The position numbers and the translations under genes are program-made. A stretch of DNA of 64,000 bases, taken from Octopus sinensis. Lineage: Eukaryota. Below the pieces are notes generated by a model, which worked only from the letters and a program-made list of their open reading frames with translations, was not told where the DNA came from and made no database searches. The stretch's first letter is position 1; each line of letters opens with the position of its first letter. Below are positions 13,714 through 25,869 of the stretch, piece by piece. The stretch spans positions 1 to 64,000 of the forward strand of contig NW_021836305.1 of assembly GCF_006345805.1 (NCBI RefSeq). Reading direction: 5' to 3'.

Positions 13714-14204
13714 GTATATATTTATATATATATAAATATATTAGGTTTGGAGATGATGTACAGGTATTTTATATTAGAAGAAATGAGGTACTCAGAAATT
13801 CGAATGGTTTTATATTTACAGATATTTATTTGTATATTACATGTTTTTATACATCATATAACTTATATCATATATCATATATTAGCGCTTTCTGCCATTC
13901 TAGTGGGGTTTTCAAATCGAACTATATATATATATATAAATATATATACACACACTCACACACATACCCACGAATGAGTAGATAAACGAAAGAAAGGCAC
14001 TCAACACATTTACTGGAAGTTATGAAGCTGGTTGCAGCAAGCTGCTGGTGTCTATCGACCTTTGTCACACCTGTCCGCCAGGCGTTGCCCTCTTATGTGA
14101 GATGAAGTGATGGTGGCAGAGGCAGAAGGTCAGTGAAAACAGCCTTTGAATGTCGCATTGCATCATTTAGACAATACCTGCTGATCAGTAAAGAAGGAAC
14201 TGAG

Positions 14205-14857
14205 CACATACATACAAATATATACATACATACAAATATATACTTACATACAAATATATACATCAGTAGTTTTCAACCAGGGTTCCGCGGAACCTTAGGG
14301 TTCTGCCAGTACAGTCCAGGGGTTCCGCAAGAAGTTACAAAACTGCTAAAATCGGCAGTAATTTTTAATTCTCCTGTGCAGATATGTGTGCATAAGACTA
14401 TTAAATTATTGCACAGGGGTTCCTCGAGCCAGTGGAATCTTTTCTTGGGGTTCCGCTCCAGCAAAATGTTTGAAAAGCACTGATATACATACATACAAAT
14501 ATACATACATACAAATATATACATACATACAGATATAAACATACATACAGATATAAACATACATACAAATATATACATACATACAAATATATACATACAA
14601 ATATATACATACATATAAATATATACATACAAATATAAACATACAGATATAAACATACATACAAATATATACATACATACAAATATATACATACATACAA
14701 ATATATACATACATACAAATATAAACATACATACAAATATATACATACATACAAATATATACATACATACAAATATATACATACATACAAATATATACAT
14801 ACATACAGATATAAACATACATACAAATATATACATACATACAAATATATACATACA
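14205..14857. repeat. 18-bp minisatellite (ACATACATACAAATATAT)n interrupted by a hAT MITE
   Basis: Directly visible units on both sides of 14264-14482. Confidence 0.85.
14264..14482. mobile_element. hAT (Charlie-like) MITE
   Basis: Ends CAGTAGTTTTCAA / TTGAAAAGCACTG with a perfect 8-bp TSD ATATACAT (14256-14263 and 14483-14490). Confidence 0.85.
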
Positions 14858-15077
14858 TGAAGAGCTTCTTTCAGATTCTGATTGAACTTGGTAAAACTCA
14901 CAAGGATTTGGTCATCCTGGATTGGCAGTAGAAGATATGTTCCTTGAATGCCATGCAATGGGATTGAACCTGAAACCACGTTTGTTGAGAAGTTTCTTAA
15001 CCAGACAGCCATGTCTGTGCCTCATAGTTACAAATCGAACTTCTTAATCGTTAAATCATGTTGTGTCCCTGTGTAGG

Positions 15078-15400
15078 AACGTGGTTTAGTGGTTAAGGTA
15101 TTTGGCTCACAATCGTAAGGTTGTAAGTTCGATTCCTGGCAGCGCTATGTGTCCTTAAGCAAGACCCTTTATTTCACATTGCTCCAGTCCACTCAGCTGG
15201 CAAGAAATAAGTAATACCTGTATTTCAAAGGGGCCAGCCTTGTCACATTACTTTGTTATGCTGAATCGCTCTGAGAACTATGTTAAGGGTACACATGTCT
15301 GTGGTGTACTCATCCACTTGCACGTGCAATTTCACGTGCAGCCTCTTCCATTGATTGGATCAACTGGAACACTCACCATCATAACCGATGGAGCAACGGT
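15078..15400 (+). mobile_element. tRNA-derived SINE (family C)
   Basis: tRNA-like A/B box head (gtggtttagtggttaagg...gttcgattcc) followed by the shared core. Confidence 0.65.
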
Positions 15401-15983
15401 AAGCAAGCTGTGTCTCTGCGTGTCGTTGCTTTTCTGTTTATAGATTGCATTTTCAGAACACATGTTAGACATCTTTTTATTTAAGTTTTTCTGTAGTGGA
15501 TTTTGTTATTAGACGTGGCCATGCTGGGGCACTGCCTTGAAGAATTTTTAGTTCAATGAATTGATCTTAGAACTTGTTTTGCTTTCGAAACCTGATACTT
15601 ATTCTATGAATCTCTTTTTCTAAACTGATAACTTATGGGAATGGAAGCACGAACACCAGTTGTCAAGCAGGGGGGGGGGGCAAACAGAGGCACGAAGATA
15701 TACACTTGACAACCAGTGTTGGTGTGCTTACATCCATGTAACATTGGCAAAATTTACTGATAGAATAAGGCCCAGGCTTAAGAAAATAAGCACAGAGGTT
15801 GCGTCATTGAACTAAAGTTCTCTCAGGCAGTGCCCCATCATGGCCACAGTCTAATGATTAAAACAAATACACGATAAAAGATAAAGCATTACAATTCTCA
15901 TCAAATTTTTCAGCTGCTAATCCCTTTTGTTTTCAATGAAACCAAGATTAATTTTTAAAATTTCTCCTTTATCTTCTTTTAAG

Positions 15984-16152
15984 GTTTTCATCCTTGTACC
16001 AGTTGTAATGCTCATCATCTCCGTATATCTGGTGGTAGCACCAATTGTACAAAATCCCGATTTGGGTTTTCTCTACGCCTTCCTTTTAATCATCGGAGGA
16101 CTTATCTTCTATTTCATTTTTCTCCACTTCAAAGTCCAGTTGCCATGCATGG
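15984..16152 (+). CDS. SLC7A9: SLC7A9-like gene 1, penultimate coding exon (169 bp)
   Basis: ttttaag/GTAAGT; VFILVPVVMLIISVYLVVAPIVQNPDLGFLYAFLLIIGGLIFYFIFLHFKVQLPCM. Confidence 0.93.
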
Positions 16153-16204
16153 GTAAGTGTGCCTTTTTTTTTACCTATCTTTTCTCATTCTTTTTCTTGT
16201 TTCT

Positions 16205-16470
16205 GTCATTTGGCTGTGGCCATCTTGGGCCACCACCTTTGACTGAGGCCTGGCAAACCAGATGGCTGCACCAGACTCCAATCTGATCTGGCAGAGTTTC
16301 TACAGCTGAATGTCCTCCCTAGCGCCAACCACTCTGAGAGTGTAGTGGGTGCTTTTACGTGCCACCGGCATGAGGGCCAGTCAGGCGGTACTGGCAACGG
16401 CCACGCTCAAATGGTGCTTCTTATGTGCCACCTGCACAGGAGCCAGTCCAGTGGCACTGGCAACGACCTT
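16205..16470 (-). mobile_element. RTE 3'-UTR-derived repeat, antisense, in last intron
   Basis: Reverse complement of the 9128-9452 family sequence. Confidence 0.75.
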
Positions 16471-16936
16471 GCTTAAGTATAATACATAGATGGCTATTTT
16501 TACTAAATACTGCCTCAATTATATATACCGGTTTTTTAATCACCGTGAGATCTTAGAATGCTGAACCTTACAAAGGAGGTGACAGAGGACTGGGATATGT
16601 GGTGCATTTCTATACTCGAGAAGATACACCCACCACAGCAGAAATGAGATACTAAAACCAATGTATCAGCATTGGTGTGGATGCTGGTGACACGTAAAAA
16701 ACACCCTATACACTCTGTGTTAGTAGGCTTACAAAGAATAAGCTCTGGGGTCGATTTGCTCGACTATAAAGGCGGTACTCCGGCATGGCCGCAGTCAGCT
16801 GACTGAAACAAGTAAAAGTGTAAAGAGAGTATTACTTAATCTGTGTGTGTGTGTGTGTGTGTTGTGTGTGTGTGTGTAATATATATACAAGTGTACATCT
16901 ATACTCATCCTATGTACTTATTTTTCTATATTTCAG

Positions 16937-17025
16937 AAGCCTTTACTGAATTTATTCAAAAGTTTGCGTGTGTTGCTCCATCAAAATATAAGCCACCTGA
17001 CCATTCCAAAGACAACAAGCTTTAA
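16937..17025 (+). CDS. SLC7A9: SLC7A9-like gene 1, terminal coding exon
   Basis: tttcag acceptor; phase-1 G+AA gives (E)AFTEFIQKFACVAPSKYKPPDHSKDNKL*, comparable to SLC7A9 ITMHLQMLMEVVPP. Confidence 0.88.
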
Positions 17026-17181
17026 GCATCAAAATTGGTAAAAACAAATATTCTGCCATTTGGAATTAAATTTTAATTCCATGAAAGTTTCAGGAAGAAA
17101 AAAAGGGAAAAAGAAAAAGCAAATACTCAACAATATGAAAATGAAATGAATTTCTCTGGATAACTCTGTGTGTGTGTGTGT

Positions 17182-17214
<33 letters not shown>

Positions 17215-18446
17215 TGAGTGTTTGTGTGTGTGTGCGTGTGTTTAATCTTTTTACTGGAATTTTCTTGGAGATATTATATACTGAACCAAATCTCAACGTT
17301 GGACTCTTTAGCCTGAGTGTAAAATGTTGAGCAGCTATGGTTTATTTTCAACTGAAAAGTGGAGGCAAAAAATGAGGCAAAAAAGCCTAAACATAACGAT
17401 ATACTTGTTCTGCAGTAAAATTGAATGAACAATATTTTTCAGTGAAAGAATCTTCTGAACAACTTGAAACATGGCATAATTTCATTAACTAATATTAACA
17501 CTTCACCCTATCATCTATACTCATACATTTTTCCTTGCTCGAATATCAACTCACTGGGATTTCATTCTCAGCACATGAACTTACAATTGTACGAATGATA
17601 AGAGCATTCATATTGAGTTCACTGGTCATTGAGGGCTTGCAAAGCTTATAAAGCCAAACACTTTCTTCTGACAAAAACAGTGAAAAGAAAACAAACTTAT
17701 TTTGCTCATAAAAAAAAAGGAAAGACACCAGATCAAATCTTCACCAATTCTTTTCTTACCATATTTCTATTGAAATATATTGTCTTTGGTTTGGTTATTT
17801 TTGAAAATATTGAAAACTTTTAACCAAAATAACTTTTTTAATTTTGTTGTATCTTGGAAGAGTTGTTATGCCAATCATAATAACACATACACTGGGTCAA
17901 TTCCACTTCTTTCTTGTTAGTCATTTTGTTGAATATGTAACCATCTAACTAATCAAGCTTTTGTTTAATGTGCTCGTCAAACAATTGATTGGCTGTTTGT
18001 TAGAGTTCTTTCGTTGCTGGTCACCACCTTTTCAGTGACTTGGTGATTTCCTCTCTCACTCTGAGGTCTGTAAGGTCTGCCCTTGTTATTATTATTGCTA
18101 TTATTATTGGTGTAACCACTCTCCCAACACACAACAAAATTTGTTTCAACACACAAATTCACATCAAGAATCTTGCAAAACAAATACAACTTCGTCATTA
18201 TTGTTTTGGTTGAAGCAAAAGCTAACATGGAATCTTGATGGAAGATTTTAATTTAGTTCACTTTAGTACAGAAAGATTGTGTCATAAAATCAGGGGTGAT
18301 CTCAGATATGTCGTTATCCAAAGGATTAATTTAATTAAAACCTTAATTTTTTTTAAATTGAAAAAAAAATGTTTTTTAAATTTTTAAATATTATTATTAT
18401 TATTATTATTACTAGTATTGTTATACATACATACATACAAGCATAC

Positions 18447-18486
<40 letters not shown>

Positions 18487-20229
18487 GTGGATGTAAACAC
18501 ATGAACAAAAGAATAAACAAAAGCAAATTACACAAACTTATATAAACAGAAGATACAAATATTACAGGCACTCCCCCCACACACACACTAACTAAACATA
18601 GACGCACATAGAGATATACGCATGCGCAAAGGAAGACACATACAATAGAAATACAAAATGGCTGACGGTTAGTAAGGAGAGACACACAAATAAGAAAGAA
18701 GAAAGCAAAGGACCACTGATGCTGTCACAGGAATGTGACGAAAGAACTCTGGCCGAAATAAGATTAAGTTTAATGTAAAAAATAAATAACACTGAAGCAA
18801 AGTAACACCAAATATATAGTGCGTGTGTTTTTATTGGCTAAACTGGCAAAATGAACATTCCGAAATACAACAACAACTTCATTATAAAGTTGAGCAAAAA
18901 AATTTTGATGAACGAAATTAAATATTGATTGATTTTTTAAAATCCAAATTGTGACCTACCCTCATTGAAGAACTTATCAGACAATAGATTTGTTGATGGT
19001 TTTAAGTGATGAAAGCGACACAGTAACTACTTAAAATAAAATGTCTTTCTGGATTATTTTTTTTTCCTGCTACTTTCCAGTAAAAGAAAAACGAATCCTG
19101 CAAGGAATACACTAAATATCATTTACTAACATGTCTAATATGACCGGATTAAAAGGAAAAATTATTTTATGAATACACATACATCAAATGTCTGATAAAT
19201 GCTATGTCTAACTAATTAGTATTTTTACCTGAAAAAGTGTTTTCACATTTTGGACAAACATCTTTTAAAAAACAATTTTTACAAAAAAAAAAGCAATAAA
19301 AAAAAAGATGAGAAAATTCTTCAAATATTGACTTTTAAAATTATCAGTGCAATTTTTGTCTTTTGGAGTCTAAAAGGCATTTCATAAACAATATTCTGCA
19401 AGTGGGAAATGTGACATTTCCATACTTGCCATCTCTGAAGAGCACAAGTATTAGATAACCATTCAGTTTGCTAATATTCAGTGCAAAACTAATTGATGAA
19501 ATCGGCCGTAAGGGATCTATAATACTGAATACTTTGATTAATATATAATTGTTGATACATTGTAAGCTTCTCACAGAGTGTTATGTTGTTGTTCCTTTAT
19601 CATGCAATAAATACACGATTACAATAACTAACACAAATCTAAACAACAACAACAAACATATTTTTTTGTAATAAATCATTATATTAAGGCGGTGAGCTAG
19701 CAGAAACGTTAGCATGCCGGGCGAAATGCTTAGCAGTATTTCATCTGTCTTTACGTTCTGAGTTCAAATTCTGCCAAGGTCGACTTTGCCTTTCATCCTT
19801 TTGGGGTCAATAAATTAAGTACCAGCTGCGTACTGAGGTTAATCTAATCAACTGGCCCCCTCCAACAAAATTTCGGGCTTTGTGCCTTGAGTAGAAAAGA
19901 ATAAATCATTATATTTGTAAAAGAAATTTTATTTTATATAATATCTTTATTGAAGTTTAGTATCAAAATATTTCATTCATTTTTTATTTGTTTCAGTAAT
20001 TTGACTGTGGCCATGCTGGGGCAGTACCTTTTCAGTTTAACAGACTGGCCCCAGTACTTATGTATGTTTTTCTTTTTTAGCCTGGTACTTATTCTACAAG
20101 TCTTTTCTACCAAGCCCCTAAGGTATGAGGATGTAAACAAACCAACGTAGCTTATCAAGCACCCACACATACCAGAATGGCAAATAGATATTAAATGATG
20201 ATGACAATGAATTCCAGTTTGGTTCTAAG

Positions 20230-20930
20230 CTTGGAATTTACTTTATAAAGTGATGGATTGCTTCATTGATGATATATTTAAAAATCCGTTCCTATCCCTA
20301 AAATTTATATAAACATTAACAAGGAGAATGGAGTGAGTAACTTGTTTGACTTCATGATTGAAGAATTGTTTCATCGATACTCAAACTTCTGGTAGAGCAT
20401 TGAGGGATCCAAGTTGCTCGCTCTGTTCTCCATGTTGACAGGCTTCCATAGAATTTCTGTGTACCAAGTTCACTCGCATAAACGGAGAAATTCCAACATA
20501 TATTCTGAAACAATCCTATTTCTCCATCAGATGACAACACACGTGCTCTGGTCTTCTCGTAGGTCTTTGCAAAGGCAAGAAATAGTTCTTCTGGATTGTC
20601 ACATGCTCAAGAGAATCTTCAACATTTTGTAACGATGAATGCTATCAAATGCTTCCCTGAAATCCATGAAGCTTATAATGACAGGTAGCTGTTTCGATTC
20701 AACTCCTATGATACACATCAGGGCTAACATCTGAGATGTTGTGGTCTAAATCCATTTTGATTTGGTCTCAGATGGTTATCAAGTGCCTGGTGAGGATCAT
20801 CCGGTTGATGACTTTGGGCAAGATGTTGGACAGTGAAATTCCTATGTACTTAGTTTCATTGTTGAGGTTTCCTGACTTTGGGATTAGTATCAAGTTAATA
20901 TCGGATCAGTTTTCAATGCCTCACTGAAAT
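20230..20930 (-). mobile_element. Highly decayed LINE reverse-transcriptase remnant
   Basis: Minus strand reads LIPKSGNLNNETKYIGISLSNILPKVINRMIL, like RT domain 1 (LIPK..D....NYRGISL.....K..NRMIL), with many stops downstream. Confidence 0.5.
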
Positions 20931-21202
20931 AACAAAGTTTACAATGGCAAGCATTGCTCAGTCATACGTTGGAAGAAGGAATTTGAACTGGAGACAATAA
21001 ACTTTTCTTTTATTAATCTCTTTATCTGTCTTTATACACACACACACACACTCCCAGTTACATTTTTAGGAGTGCTCCGTTGTTTTTGTTTGTCTGTCAT
21101 TCCAGCTTGTCAGCCCTTGCTCAAACCATCCAACCCATGCCAGCATGGACAATGGACGTTAAACAATGATACCGACGATGATTATTTATATATATATATG
21201 TA

Positions 21203-22330
21203 CAGAGGTTAGACAAAATAATAGAAGCACCTTAAAATTTCAAACAAATTTATTTTAATATGGGATAGGACCACCTTTAGGTGTAATCACAGCTTGAATT
21301 CTTCAAGGTATGGACTCGTACAAAGTTTGAATTGTTTCCAAAGCAATTTTTGTCCATTCTTCAGCTAAAACAGCCTCCAGTTCTTGTAGTGGTGATAGTG
21401 GAGGATATTAACTCCTTACTTGTTTTTCTAAAATGCACCATAAATGTTCAATAATAATGAGATCTGGGGACTGTGGTGGCCAAATAAGGTGTTCAACTTC
21501 ACCAGAATGTTCCTCGTGCCATTCAGTAACAACTTCAGCGGTGTGAATTTGTGCATTATCATCCTGAAAGATTGCGTTTCCCTCCGGAAACAGTTCCACA
21601 ACCATAGGATGAATTTGATCAGATAAAATGCTTAAATAGTCTCGACTATTAATTCTGCTATGAAGGAAAACCATTGGGCAGACGGATTTCCAAGATATAG
21701 CCCCACACCCCAATCATCACAAATCCCCCTCCATGTTTAACAGTCTGGGTCAAATGCTTCTTTTGGCTGTCTCCACACGTATACTCGGCCGGTGGTCAGA
21801 AATAAGGTAATATCATTCTTCCACTGCTCTAGAGACCAATTCTTTAGGTTTTACTCCACTCTAAATGCTTTGCGACGTTCGTTTTTGAAAGTAGTGGTTT
21901 TCTGATTGCAGCCCTCCAGTGAAACCTGGCTTTGTGTAGTTCCCAGCAAACAGTTTTTGTGGAAACTGGGTTCTCGAGGTGGTCATTAATCCCTGCAGTA
22001 ATTTTGGGAGCTGTAGTCTTGTGAGCCTTTCTAACAAGTTGCGTAAGAGTCCGACAGTCCCTATCTGAAAGTTTTGGTTTTCTTCCGGAATTTTGTTTCA
22101 ACGAGGAGGTTTTTCCCACTTTCTCAAAGGCTGTCATTACTTTCGAGACAGTACTTCTTGATGCATCAAACATTTCAGGTGTTTTCATAACGCTAGTGCT
22201 TGCCATACGAGCACCAACAATTTAACCTCGTTGAAAGTCCGATAGATCTGTCATTTTAATGAATTTTAATTACCTTTTTCTGATGATATCTGAAAAGAAA
22301 CACCAATTTTAGCAAAACATATTAAGCAAC
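21203..22330 (-). mobile_element. Tc1-family transposon, decayed
   Basis: Minus ORFs 21844-22206 (HTH; SGRKPKLSDRD) and 21408-21713 (FQDDNA..H, WPPQSPDL..IEHLW); one end TA-CAGAGG at 21201; the other TIR was not found. Confidence 0.88.
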
Positions 22331-22731
22331 ACTAATAATAAATAAAAAAACATCCCCGCCAACAATACATAGAAAAACAGTACCAGAACAAGTGCTTGTG
22401 TTGCAAATACCAAGAACTTTATTGCCATCAAGGAGATGGCAATGCCCAAAATGTCTGAAGGGATTCTGTGCAGTGAACCCAGCATAAACAATGGGTAAAC
22501 TACAAGAGTTGAAGTGAGATCACAAGTAGGCTGAGAGAGAAGACAGACTTTGTATGCAGCAGAATGTGTAATGCCAGTATGTATGAGTAACAGAACATGT
22601 GCTGAGGGAAAGAATTAGGTACGAAAGTAATTTGATGTGATGTGGTGGAGAGATTATATAATGAACTCATTGTATACGGTGCTCTGGTGCACAACTCATG
22701 AGAAACAGTACCGAAAACTGCAGGAACAGTA

Positions 22732-23235
22732 CCGTAAATCTTCGAGTATAGTCTGCCCTTGAGTATAATACGCAAGAGATTTTTAGGGGGCTGTGCTTCT
22801 GAAAAACCTAAACCTTGTGTATAATACACACCTCTTCTCTAATCTGAGTCACGCATAATTAAGCCAGCAGCACCTAGTCGAACAAACACTTCCGTGCATG
22901 CGTAATACAATAATGGTGGTGTTCTTAACTGTTATATGGGAATGTAAATGTTTGCAAATTGTGTTTGTTACATGTTATTCTATGTTCTGAATACTTTTAT
23001 TTTAATAAATGTTGCTTACTGCAAGTTATGGATGATTCTTTTATGACTTCATTGCTTTCAGGCTTAACTTGATGTATTTTCGCGTCCGACATCACAAAAT
23101 GCGTCGGAATAAGCATTGAGGCTCGGACATTGCTGAGAAAATATTTTTCACTTTTAACCTCGTATGTAGTACACACTGGTGATTTTGACCCTTAAATTTT
23201 GGGGGAAAATGCGGATTATACTCGAGGATTTACGG
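22732..23235. mobile_element. pogo/Tc2-type MITE
   Basis: TIRs CCGTAAATCTTCGAGTATA / TATACTCGAGGATTTACGG, each flanked by TA; a solo right end also sits at ~31562-31611. Confidence 0.75.
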
Positions 23236-24210
23236 TACATAGAATATGCACAGGAAGTGAACAGTGAAAAAGTCTTTAAAAGAAAAGGGAGGTAAGGGTC
23301 ATCAGGTGTAGAATACTGAGCTTGTAGAGATATGTGATACATTTAGGGATGATGGATGGGAGTAAATTAGTAGCAAAAGGATCCAAACAGAAGAAGTACG
23401 CAAAACAGAGGAAGACTAAGGAAGACATGGGACGAAATGGAGAAGGATGATCTCAGGAGGTTGAACGTCTGAAGGTCATGAAGGAAGTAGAAAAAGTTGC
23501 AGCAAGTGGCACGTAATAAACTGTACTTGGCCAACAATAAGGATAGCAGAGGGGTGTAACTAGGTGGGTACAGATAGGAGATGTACACAACTTACTAGTT
23601 CAAGGGTGGCATGAAGTATTGTGGTAGTGGTAGACAAGACAAAGAAAGTATAAGCATGGGAAAATGGACATAAAATAATTATATACACACACACATACAT
23701 ACATATATATGAAATAGATATATGCGTGTTTGTGTGTGTGTGTGTGTATATGTATATATATATATATGACATGATAAGATATATATATATATATATATAT
23801 AACACCATTTAAGCATGGCCGTTGCCTGTACTGCCTGACTGGCCCTTGTGCCGGTGGCATGTAAAAGCACCCACTACACTCTCGGAGTGGTTGGCGTTAG
23901 GAATGGCATCCAGCAGTAGAAACTCTGCCAGATCAAGACTGGAGCCTGGTGCAACCATCTGGTTTGCCAGTCCTCAGTCAAATCGTCCAACCCATGCTAG
24001 CATGGAAAGTGGACATTAAACAATGATGATGATGATAATGATATGTTCATAAATGAGTCCAACCCATGCCAGCATGGAAAGCGGACATTAAATGATGATG
24101 ATCAGACAGATATTCTCCCTATAGAATACACTTCATAGTGCTCAAGAGGTTTAAATTTGAGCAGTAAATATAAGGGTAAGCAAGTTAGTCAAGTCAGTAT
24201 ACAAAATATA

Positions 24211-24587
24211 TTAAATACATTTAATACAAAAAAAAAGGTTCATATGTTTACATATAAAAAGGTCCAACTTACACAGAACAGAAATGATAGGAATTAAAGG
24301 GGTCGAATAAGAGTTTTACAACTCAAACAGCTGTTTCTGGGGGCTTGATGGTCCAAAATAATGATTGTAAATTGATTCCATCATTGGATAATACCAGCCT
24401 CTGTCTTCAGGGAAGAATTTTACATATGAGGTGTTTACAGAAAGGAGATTAAAGAATCTTTATCCAATGATAAAGAATCTATCATCTGATGATGGAATCA
24501 ATTTAATTCCTGATATCATTTTCATTGTGTAAGTTTGAACTTTTTATATATAAACATATGTACATTTTTTATATTAAATGTATTTAA
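24211..24587. repeat. Foldback / long inverted-repeat element
   Basis: 24211-24298 is an imperfect reverse complement of 24501-24587; inner arm AATTGATTCCATCAT also pairs. Confidence 0.65.
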
Positions 24588-24631
24588 GGAGTAACCTGCC
24601 TATCTTTACATTTACTCCTTATATACATACA

Positions 24632-24676
<45 letters not shown>

Positions 24677-24677
<1 letters not shown>

Positions 24678-25737
24678 ACCAAAGCATTCTATAGGGGATT
24701 AGTGGAGGGGAGGTACGACGATGAGCTCGGGGCGAACCTGGACATCGACGAGGAATACCTGACCTGCCTGTTCGGGATGACTTTCGGGCCAGGGCCCATG
24801 GACAACTTTCAGAGATCCCTGGCCTGGCAGTGCTACCGAGAAGCGCTACCCGTTCGGGATAAGCTCTACAGACACGGCTCGAGAAACACGGGGCCGACCT
24901 GCCCGAGATGCGGTCAGAGTGACGAAACCGTTCTGCACGCACTCGTGCTGTGTCCAACAATTTCCGACCTGTGGGCTTATGTTGAACAACTGCTGTCACG
25001 TGTGGGACGAGTCGGTTTATCAGCTGAGTCTATCGTCAATATTGTCACGCCTCCTTCCTTCAAACGGGAAGGAAGAGCTGTTTTCATCATCCTTGTGGCT
25101 ATGGCGAAAGAATGTATCTGGTGGACGCATCTGAAAGGATTGGAGACAAACACTTTCTTCTCTGGTCAAACTCTCATCAACTTCTTCAAGTACCACTTGA
25201 AAAGGAAAGTGAGAGTAGAGAGGCAAGTTTTGTCTAGCGAATGTTTTAAAAAAAGATGGGTGAATGTAGCAAGGATGGCACGTATGAATGACGAAGCCAC
25301 CTTGAGCATAATCCTATGAACCCAGAAATTGAAAACAGAGGGTTACCCACTTGCAAACCAATGTGGTAACATATAACAATATTGACCAAGGTTACCGTGG
25401 TCTTTTTCGTAGGCTTTTCTTCCCACGGATAAACCTTACTTGCTTTCCCCTTTACACCATACATCATGACACTGTGATACACGATCCCTATTGATCGTTT
25501 TTTTTTCCTCTCCCCCTTTTTTCCTCTTTTTTCTTCTTTTTTCATTTTTCTTTTCTTTTTTTTCCCTTTTTTCTTTTCCTTTTTTCTTTTTTTCTTTTTT
25601 TTTGTTCTTTTTTCCCTTTTACGATCCCTTTTGATCGAAAACCTACGCCACCTTTTTTTTTTTCTCCCCCAAAAGAAAAGCTCTACCTTGTAACTTGTCC
25701 CATCTGTGTGCAGCCCTGTGTGGCCAATAAAGAAACT
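24677..25737 (+). mobile_element. Tx1/L1-clade LINE, 5'-truncated, within an (ATCT)n microsatellite
   Basis: Uninterrupted ORF 24702-25319 with the C-terminal zinc-knuckle CPRCGQSDETVLHALVLC and LAWQCYREALPVRDKL; T-rich 3' UTR, AATAAA at ~25726; (ATCT)n on both flanks. Confidence 0.8.
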
Positions 25738-25759
25738 TATCTATCTATCTATCTATCTA

Positions 25760-25797
<38 letters not shown>

Positions 25798-25869
25798 ATT
25801 ACTTTTTAAAGTTATCTCTACAGTACTGACTTATAAGCCTTTAATATACTTTGATACTTTGCAGTATAT

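Noticed and set aside
13210-15012. Long HTYI/MYVC-repeat ORFs (also at 6703-7312, 34312-35067, 51314-51843)
   Set aside because: Translations of microsatellites and minisatellites, not genes.
15078-15150. tRNA genes at SINE heads (also 4427, 19688, 29555)
   Set aside because: A/B-box-like sequence runs into SINE core with no complete cloverleaf or acceptor stem.
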